Sequence record: MZ031013.1
Source: Escherichia phage vB_EcoA_fTuEco01
Reading direction: 5' to 3' (one strand)
Length of the DNA: 44,320 nt
Position 1 is the first letter of the stretch. Every line of letters starts with the position of its first letter. The notes beneath the pieces are model-generated. The model did no database searches. It was not told where the DNA came from and worked only from the letters and a program-made list of their open reading frames with translations. The translations under genes were made by a program, and so were the position numbers. Below, piece after piece: positions 35,270 through 41,463 of the stretch.

Positions 35270-36231
35270 TGAGTTATACTTTCACAGAACATATAGCCAA
35301 CGGTACGCAAGTAACCTATCCCTTTAGATTTGCTGGCAGGGATAAAGGCTATCTTCGTGCCTCAGATGTGATAGTGGAATCTCTTCAAGGTAACACTTGG
35401 ATTGAGGTTACATCTGGCTGGCAATTAACTGGTACGCATCAAATCACTTTTGATGTAGCACCTGTTGCAGGTTTGAAGTTCCGTATTCGAAGGGAAGTAC
35501 AAAAGGAATATCCATACGCTGAGTTTGACCGTGGTGTTACCTTGGATATGAAGTCTTTAAATGGCTCTTTCATTCATATACTGGAGATTACACAGGAGTT
35601 ACTTGATGGGTTTTATCCAGAAGGATACTTCATTAAGCAGAATGTAAGCTGGGGCGGCAATAAGATTACTGACCTAGCTGATGGTGAGAATCCAAAAGAT
35701 GCAGTAAATAAATCACAGCTAGATGCTATCGACAAGAAGCATACTGATTGGAACTCTGCACAAGATATAGAGATTGCTGGTATTAAGAGAGGAATGGTGT
35801 CTGGTGTATCTCATCGCACTATTCCTTGGTATATGGTCGCCTCCGGTGGAGAGCAAATCATTCGACCACCTTACTCATTTGATGATGCTATGGTGTTTAT
35901 AAACGGTGTATTCCAGCATGAACTAGCAGGTGCAGTATCAGTGGGGTATGATGTTATAACCCTGTCCGAGCCATTACAGGCTGGGGATGAAGTTTATGTG
36001 CTTATCGGTAGTCGCTTAACCCCACCTACAAGTGCGGATACTATCCTCTTTACACAAGCAGTGAGTGAAGGTACACAATCTATCGACATTGTAACGGCTT
36101 TCCAACGTCTTGATGTATACTTGGATGGCCTGTATCAACCTAATAATGCTTATGAAATCGTAGGGTCTACTATCACTTTCAGTGAGCCATTACCTGAGTG
36201 TGTCGTAAGTATGAAGCTACAACTAGTGTAA
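35269..36231 (+). CDS. Tail-fiber-like adaptor protein (homologous to the N-terminal tail-attachment domain of T7 gp17), 320 aa
   Basis: TGATG overlap; pattern ...GGNKITDLADGENPKDAVNKSQL resembles T7 gp17 ...RIVNLANAVDDRDAVPFGQL. Too short to be a full fibre, so probably anchors the tailspikes. Confidence 0.65.
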   Translation: MSYTFTEHIANGTQVTYPFRFAGRDKGYLRASDVIVESLQGNTWIEVTSGWQLTGTHQITFDVAPVAGLKFRIRREVQKEYPYAEFDRGVTLDMKSLNGSFIHILEITQELLDGFYPEGYFIKQNVSWGGNKITDLADGENPKDAVNKSQLDAIDKKHTDWNSAQDIEIAGIKRGMVSGVSHRTIPWYMVASGGEQIIRPPYSFDDAMVFINGVFQHELAGAVSVGYDVITLSEPLQAGDEVYVLIGSRLTPPTSADTILFTQAVSEGTQSIDIVTAFQRLDVYLDGLYQPNNAYEIVGSTITFSEPLPECVVSMKLQLV

Positions 36232-36240
36232 GGAGGTGAG

Positions 36241-36435
36241 ATGATTAACTCCGAACTGGTAGATAGTGGTGTGAAGCTGGCGCCACCTGCATTAGTATCA
36301 GGTGGGTACTTCCTCGGTATCAGTTGGGATAATTGGGTGTTAATAGCAACATTCATTTATACCGTGTTGCAAATTGGAGACTGGTTTTATACCAAGATTA
36401 AACTATGGAGGAGGAGCCGTGAGCGTACACAATAA
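36241..36435 (+). CDS. Holin-like small membrane protein, 64 aa
   Basis: AAGGAGGTG RBS; hydrophobic WVLIATFIYTVLQIGDWFY segment and highly basic C-terminus KIKLWRRSRERTQ; position equivalent to T7 gene 17.5. Confidence 0.5.
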   Translation: MINSELVDSGVKLAPPALVSGGYFLGISWDNWVLIATFIYTVLQIGDWFYTKIKLWRRSRERTQ

Positions 36436-36718
36436 ACATGCAGCTACGGAAGACGAGGTTGGCATTCTACATGGTGCTATTACCAAAATCTTTAATAAGA
36501 AAGCACAGGCAATACTGGACACTATAGAAGAAGACCCAGATGCAGCACTGCATTTAGTCTCTGGTAAAGACATTGGAGCTATGTGTAAGTGGGTTCTTGA
36601 TAATGGTATTACCGCTACACCCGCTGCACAGCAGGAGGAGTCCAAGCTATCTAAGCGCCTCAAGGCTATCCGAGAGGCATCAAGTGGCAAGATTATTCAA
36701 TTCACTAAGGAGGATTGA
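36419..36718 (+). CDS. Putative terminase small subunit, 99 aa
   Basis: GTG start 5 nt after GGAGGAGG; lies immediately upstream of, and is translationally coupled (TGATG) to, the large terminase gene. Confidence 0.45.
   Translation: MSVHNKHAATEDEVGILHGAITKIFNKKAQAILDTIEEDPDAALHLVSGKDIGAMCKWVLDNGITATPAAQQEESKLSKRLKAIREASSGKIIQFTKED
36510..36530 (+). promoter_or_regulatory. Phage RNAP promoter embedded in the putative small terminase gene
   Basis: CAATACTGGACACTATAGAAG; in frame it encodes ILDTIEE. Confidence 0.6.
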
Positions 36719-38616
36719 TGGCTAAGGCAAGAGAATCACAAGCGGAGGCTCTTGCCAGATGGGAGATGCTACAGGAGTTACAGCAGACCTTTCCTTACAC
36801 AGCGGAAGGTTTGCTTCTCTTTGCAGACACAGTTATTCATAACTTAATTGCAGGCAACCCTCATCTGATTCGTATGCAGGCTGATATCTTGAAGTTCCTA
36901 TTCTACGGACACAAGTATCGCCTCATCGAAGCGCCTCGTGGTATCGCTAAGACAACACTATCAGCAATCTATACAGTATTCCGTATCATTCATGAACCGC
37001 ATAAGCGTATCATGGTTGTATCCCAAAACGCCAAGCGAGCAGAGGAAATCGCAGGTTGGGTAGTTAAAATCTTCCGGGGCTTAGACTTTCTTGAGTTTAT
37101 GCTGCCGGATATCTACGCTGGGGACCGTGCATCCGTTAAGGCGTTTGAGATTCATTACACCCTACGTGGTAGTGATAAGTCTCCTTCTGTATCCTGTTAC
37201 TCAATCGAAGCAGGTATGCAGGGTGCTCGTGCTGATATTATTCTAGCGGATGACGTAGAGTCGATGCAGAATGCTCGTACGGCAGCGGGCCGTGCCTTGC
37301 TTGAGGAACTGACTAAGGAGTTTGAATCTATCAACCAGTTTGGGGACATCATTTACCTTGGTACACCTCAGAACGTAAACTCTATCTATAACAACCTACC
37401 TGCTCGTGGTTACTCTGTTCGTATCTGGACTGCGCGTTACCCTTCAGTAGAGCAAGAGCAATGTTATGGCGACTTCCTTGCACCTATGATTGTTCAAGAT
37501 ATGAAGGACAACCCAGCACTTCGCTCAGGGTACGGGTTGGATGGTAATAGTGGTGCACCTTGTGCCCCTGAAATGTATGATGATGAAGTCCTGATTGAGA
37601 AGGAAATCTCTCAGGGTGCTGCTAAGTTCCAGCTTCAGTTCATGCTTAACACTCGCATGATGGATGCTGACAGATACCCATTACGCCTGAACAATCTAAT
37701 CTTCACCTCGTTTGGTACAGAGGAAGTCCCTGTGATGCCTACGTGGAGTAATGATTCCATAAACATCATTGGTGATGCACCTAAGTATGGTAACAAGCCT
37801 ACGGATTTCATGTACAGACCTGTAGCTCGCCCATACGAATGGGGTGCTGTCTCCCGCAAGATTATGTATATTGACCCTGCGGGTGGTGGTAAGAACGGAG
37901 ATGAGACGGGTGTAGCCATCGTATTCCTGCACGGCACATTCATTTATGTGTATCAGTGCTTTGGTGTACCTGGCGGATACCGAGAGTCGTCCCTGAATCG
38001 CATTGTGCAGGCCGCAAAGCAGGCGGGTGTTAAAGAGGTATTCATTGAGAAGAACTTTGGTCATGGCGCGTTTGAGGCGGTAATTAAGCCGTACTTTGAA
38101 CGAGAGTGGCCTGTAACTCTGGAAGAGGATTACGCCACCGGACAGAAAGAGTTGCGTATCATTGAGACGCTGGAGCCGCTCATGGCAGCCCATAGGCTTA
38201 TCTTCAATGCAGAGATGGTGAAGTCAGACTTTGAGTCGGTACAGCACTATCCGCTTGAACTACGCATGTCCTACAGTCTTTTCAATCAAATGTCGAACAT
38301 AACGATTGAGAAGAACAGCCTCCGGCACGATGACCGCCTAGACGCCCTGTATGGCGCTATACGGCAATTAACTTCTCAGATAGACTATGACGAGGTTACA
38401 CGGATTAATCGCCTCAGAGCGCAGGAGATGCGCGATTACATCCATGCTATGAATACACCTCATCTACGCAGGGCAATGCTATATGGAGATTACGGTACTG
38501 AGCGAAGAGTGACCAACACTTCCGTAGCGATGCAGCAGCGAGTTTACGGGCAGAACTACCGAAATAAATCGGCAAGCAGAAATACACTTTCTGCAAGGAT
38601 TTCAAGGACTTATTAA
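36718..38616 (+). CDS. Terminase large subunit (T7 gene 19-like), 632 aa
   Basis: Walker A-like APRGIAKTT, a Walker B-like hydrophobic stretch followed by DD (ADIILADDVES), and a C-terminal nuclease region; AAGGAGG RBS. Confidence 0.9.
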   Translation: MAKARESQAEALARWEMLQELQQTFPYTAEGLLLFADTVIHNLIAGNPHLIRMQADILKFLFYGHKYRLIEAPRGIAKTTLSAIYTVFRIIHEPHKRIMVVSQNAKRAEEIAGWVVKIFRGLDFLEFMLPDIYAGDRASVKAFEIHYTLRGSDKSPSVSCYSIEAGMQGARADIILADDVESMQNARTAAGRALLEELTKEFESINQFGDIIYLGTPQNVNSIYNNLPARGYSVRIWTARYPSVEQEQCYGDFLAPMIVQDMKDNPALRSGYGLDGNSGAPCAPEMYDDEVLIEKEISQGAAKFQLQFMLNTRMMDADRYPLRLNNLIFTSFGTEEVPVMPTWSNDSINIIGDAPKYGNKPTDFMYRPVARPYEWGAVSRKIMYIDPAGGGKNGDETGVAIVFLHGTFIYVYQCFGVPGGYRESSLNRIVQAAKQAGVKEVFIEKNFGHGAFEAVIKPYFEREWPVTLEEDYATGQKELRIIETLEPLMAAHRLIFNAEMVKSDFESVQHYPLELRMSYSLFNQMSNITIEKNSLRHDDRLDALYGAIRQLTSQIDYDEVTRINRLRAQEMRDYIHAMNTPHLRRAMLYGDYGTERRVTNTSVAMQQRVYGQNYRNKSASRNTLSARISRTY

Positions 38617-38636
38617 TTACTGGACACTATAGAAGG
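38614..38636 (+). promoter_or_regulatory. Phage RNAP promoter (AATTACTGGACACTATAGAAGG)
   Basis: Consensus match overlapping the terminase stop. Confidence 0.75.
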
Positions 38637-38649
38637 AAGGCCCAGATAA

Positions 38650-38702
38650 TAAGAGAAAATAATAGGTAATATATAGGTTAACCTAGGTTATATAGGTATG
38701 CC
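38650..38702. repeat. AT-rich TAGGTWA-repeat block downstream of a promoter
   Basis: aataggtaatatataggttaacctaggttatataggtatgcc; the same motif family as at 6961..7020 and 13608..13672. Confidence 0.5.
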
Positions 38703-38709
38703 TTAGTAT

Positions 38710-38729
38710 GGGTGTACTCCTGTACACCC
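38710..38729 (+). promoter_or_regulatory. Perfect hairpin GGGTGTAC-tcct-GTACACCC in the leader of the paralogue cluster
   Basis: 8-bp perfect stem with a 4-nt loop, read directly from the sequence. Confidence 0.45.
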
Positions 38730-38773
38730 TATTCCTTACTACCTTACTATATTTACATAATAGGAGAGAGACA

Positions 38774-39049
38774 ATGGCTAATGATTATAGTAGTCAACCA
38801 TTAACAGGTAAGTCTAAGAGAAAGCAGGTACAACCTGTAAGTGAAGAACTAATGCTTCCGGTAATCCCAAAAGAGGCAGCTAGTAAGAAAAGCAATGTTA
38901 TTAATGATGCCACCAAATCAGGTAAACAGAAAGGGGCCATGGTATGCCTTGAAGTGGACGGTGCATGGCAGATTGCTATCGCTGTTGATGGCAAAGAAGA
39001 CTCAGAGTGGAAGTTAGTGACAAGGGAACCCACTGTTACCCCAGTTTAA
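38774..39049 (+). CDS. Hypothetical protein P1, 91 aa, first of three tandem paralogues
   Basis: TAGGAGAGAG RBS; shares the ...SGKQ.GAMV...IA.A..G.E...W... core with the next two ORFs. Confidence 0.6.
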   Translation: MANDYSSQPLTGKSKRKQVQPVSEELMLPVIPKEAASKKSNVINDATKSGKQKGAMVCLEVDGAWQIAIAVDGKEDSEWKLVTREPTVTPV

Positions 39050-39067
39050 GAGAAGGAGGAAGATTAC

Positions 39068-39355
39068 ATGGCTAAATATGGTACTACAGGTTCTGTTACG
39101 GGTCAGGCTTTTCGAGTGAAAGCAGTACAAACTATTGCAACGGCAATTCCTATGCCTGTTGTTGCTGAAGAAGACCTTAAGAAGAAAGATCATCCTATCA
39201 ACATCAAATATTTATCAGGTAAACAGAGAGGTGCAATGGTTGTTATTTCGAGAGCGGACACAACCGTGCATATTGCTGTTGCACGTGGTAGTGAGCCCAC
39301 CGACGTTTGGGATGTAACTGCTATGGACCCCATTGCTGTTACACCAGGGGAGTGA
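39068..39355 (+). CDS. Hypothetical protein P2, 95 aa, second tandem paralogue
   Basis: GAAGGAGGA RBS; KYLSGKQRGAMVVISRADTTVHIAVARGSEPTDVWDV aligns with P1 and P3. Confidence 0.6.
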   Translation: MAKYGTTGSVTGQAFRVKAVQTIATAIPMPVVAEEDLKKKDHPINIKYLSGKQRGAMVVISRADTTVHIAVARGSEPTDVWDVTAMDPIAVTPGE

Positions 39356-39362
39356 TATTATC

Positions 39363-40040
39363 GTGTTAGGTATTACAGGACAACGAAGTGTAAGTCATCA
39401 AGCTAAGGTTGCCACGGAAGTGGCTCCTATCGTTGATATCTCAGATGTGTCTGACGTTAACTCTTATCTAAACCAAAAGTACCTATCAGGCAAACAGGAA
39501 GGGTATACTGTTATGACTAAGAAAGGTTCACGTTATTCATTGTATGCTGCAACAGGTTCTAAGCCAGAAGATAAGTGGTTGCCTTTAGAGCAAGCAACCC
39601 TACCTGATTCGAGTGCATTAGAGCTAATTGACACCATCGATGTTGAAGTTGCAAGTGCAAGCGACACAGTAGAGGTTAATGTAACCAAAGAGAGGACTGT
39701 GTGCATCCAGACTCCTATGAAGGACTTAGCAGGTGATACAGTTTACCGGCAAGAATTGACTGCCAACATTAACCTTACCATTAATGAAAACGGAAGCCCA
39801 AGCGATACGGTTAAATTAAACATATCAATTCCTAATTTGCCAGGAACATCTAGTGGGTCTTACTATACAGTTGACAATGTGCTGTGTACTTCTTTTGGAG
39901 ACGACAGTCCTGTTATTGCCAATATAGATGTCGATAAGGCTACCACTAACTTGATTGCTGTTACACTTCGTAAAGAGACGGCAACAGATATTAGGCTGTC
40001 TCTTGTAATTAGGTGGTCAATGCCAGTGGAGGTTGTATAA
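39363..40040 (+). CDS. Hypothetical protein P3, about 225 aa, third paralogue with a C-terminal extension carrying internal DTVEVNVT / DTVKLNIS repeats
   Basis: N-terminal 90 aa align with P1/P2 (LGITGQ...KYLSGKQEGYTVM...AATGSKPEDKW). GTG start at 39363 is inferred; the track starts at an upstream TTG. Confidence 0.55.
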   Translation: MLGITGQRSVSHQAKVATEVAPIVDISDVSDVNSYLNQKYLSGKQEGYTVMTKKGSRYSLYAATGSKPEDKWLPLEQATLPDSSALELIDTIDVEVASASDTVEVNVTKERTVCIQTPMKDLAGDTVYRQELTANINLTINENGSPSDTVKLNISIPNLPGTSSGSYYTVDNVLCTSFGDDSPVIANIDVDKATTNLIAVTLRKETATDIRLSLVIRWSMPVEVV

Positions 40041-40384
40041 TGCTTAACAAATACTTCAAGCGTAAAGAGCTTGCTTGCCGTTGTGGGTGCGGTACATCCA
40101 CTGTTGATGCTGAATTACTACAGGTAGTCACAGATGTGCGTGAGCACTTTGGTTCCCCTGTAGTTATCACTTCTGGGCATCGCTGTGCTAAGCACAATGC
40201 TAATGTAGGAGGAGCTAAGAACTCCATGCATCTTACTGGTAAGGCTGCTGACATTAAGGTACGAGGCATCTTACCTTCTGATGTACATAAGTATCTTACT
40301 GATAAGTACCAAGGCAAGTATGGTATTGGTAAGTATACCTCCTTTACTCATATTGATGTACGTGACGGGTGTGCACGATGGTAG
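40040..40384 (+). CDS. Endolysin, peptidase M15-type zinc peptidoglycan peptidase, 114 aa
   Basis: SGHRCAKHNANVGGAKNSMHLTGKAADI matches the M15 motifs (S-x-H-R ... G-G-x-x-x-S-x-H ... A-x-D). TAATG overlap; GGAGGT RBS. Confidence 0.7.
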   Translation: MLNKYFKRKELACRCGCGTSTVDAELLQVVTDVREHFGSPVVITSGHRCAKHNANVGGAKNSMHLTGKAADIKVRGILPSDVHKYLTDKYQGKYGIGKYTSFTHIDVRDGCARW

Positions 40385-40492
40385 GTTGTGTTGCATGGTG
40401 TGAACGCATGGTTGCTAAGGCTTCAGAGGAAGGCAACTATGAAGATTGGCAGAACTACTCAACTTTATTAGCTCAATGGAAAGGGAGATGCA

Positions 40493-40642
40493 ATGAAAAA
40501 GCTGTTCAAATCTAAGAAGGTTGTAGGTGCACTAGTTGCATTGGCAATTGCTCTTGTTTCTGTAGGTCTTGGTGTAGACCTTGGCTCTGGCACGGAATCC
40601 TCTGTGACAGATGTGGTCTGCCAAGTGATCACCTGTGAATAA
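40493..40642 (+). CDS. Small membrane protein, 49 aa, in the lysis cassette (holin/antiholin or lysis regulator candidate)
   Basis: AAGGGAGA RBS; basic N-terminus MKKLFKSKK followed by the hydrophobic VVGALVALAIALVSVGLGV. Under 60 aa, so absent from the track. Confidence 0.4.
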   Translation: MKKLFKSKKVVGALVALAIALVSVGLGVDLGSGTESSVTDVVCQVITCE

Positions 40643-40856
40643 GTTTCTAGAAGTGCTGGCAGGTCTTATTGGCCTGCTTGTCTCTGCTAAGAAGAAACAA
40701 GAAGAGAAGGAGGCACAAAGTGAAGCGAATCATGCTAGCGACAACCCTGCTGATTGGTTCGCTGATCATTTCAGGGTGTCAGACGGCGTTACCAGAGAAT
40801 CCAAAGGTGAAGCCTCTGAAGCCGACGCTTACGGCAGTCTACGAGGTGGACGATAA
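40635..40856 (+). CDS. Putative i-spanin (Rz-like), 73 aa
   Basis: N-terminal transmembrane segment FLEVLAGLIGLLVSA followed by a charged periplasmic region; contains the start of the overlapping lipoprotein ORF. Confidence 0.5.
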   Translation: MNKFLEVLAGLIGLLVSAKKKQEEKEAQSEANHASDNPADWFADHFRVSDGVTRESKGEASEADAYGSLRGGR

Positions 40857-40929
40857 AGTCTGCTTCAGTAAGCCTGACGCTACAAAATTAGGTCTGTACA
40901 TTCTCTCGCTAGAACGCGGGTATAATTAA
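40732..40929 (+). CDS. Putative o-spanin (Rz1-like lipoprotein), 65 aa, overlapping the i-spanin in the +1 frame
   Basis: Signal peptide MLATTLLIGSLIISGC with lipobox LIISG|C, followed by a Pro-rich mature region (PENPKVKPLKPT). Confidence 0.6.
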   Translation: MLATTLLIGSLIISGCQTALPENPKVKPLKPTLTAVYEVDDKVCFSKPDATKLGLYILSLERGYN

Positions 40930-40968
40930 TACATAGTTTTATGTATCAGTGTCTTACGATTTACTGGA

Positions 40969-40989
40969 CACTATAGAAGAGATAAGATA
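40969..40989 (+). promoter_or_regulatory. Phage RNAP promoter upstream of the tailspike genes
   Basis: ATTTACTGGACACTATAGAAG, perfect consensus. Confidence 0.8.
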
Positions 40990-41060
40990 GTGCCGTTCTT
41001 TTGAGCGGCCTATTACTAGCCAATCTTCATAGGGAGGATTGGGAAGTAATAGGAGAGTAT

Positions 41061-41396
41061 ATGACTAAGTTAACTAAACCCAAGACAACTGGCTTACTAC
41101 ATAGAGATACTGTACTAGCTACATTATTGGATAATTTACTATCTAAAAGGCGTGTTACATTTGAAGGTGTAGTTCCAAGTGAAGATACTAAAATTGAGAT
41201 AGAAGTACCTGCAACAGGAGATTTAGATTCTTCGTGGGCATCACTTGTATCATTAAGTACACCTACACTTTGTACAGCTTGGATTACTAAAGTGTCAGAT
41301 ACTAGATTAGAAGTACATGTGTTCCATACAGCACAAGTTGAAATAGACATAGATGTAGATGTTTACATTCTAGGTAAACACATTGTCAGTGCGTAA
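41061..41396 (+). CDS. 111-aa protein, candidate remnant or N-terminal adaptor-binding module of a second tailspike
   Basis: TAGGAGAG RBS before ATG 41061 (the track starts upstream at 41001). A 111-aa ORF at this position upstream of the endosialidase gene is what I recall for phage K1E, where K1-5 carries a full lyase gene. Confidence 0.5.
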   Translation: MTKLTKPKTTGLLHRDTVLATLLDNLLSKRRVTFEGVVPSEDTKIEIEVPATGDLDSSWASLVSLSTPTLCTAWITKVSDTRLEVHVFHTAQVEIDIDVDVYILGKHIVSA

Positions 41397-41463
41397 GCAC
41401 TGCTTTTCGCGCAACTTTTCTTAAAGGTTATCATGATGGTAGCCTTTCAGAAAAGGAGGTTAC

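Noticed and set aside
37696-38193. Minus-strand ORF of 165 aa inside the large terminase gene
   Set aside because: Antisense to a strongly supported CDS with conserved ATPase motifs.
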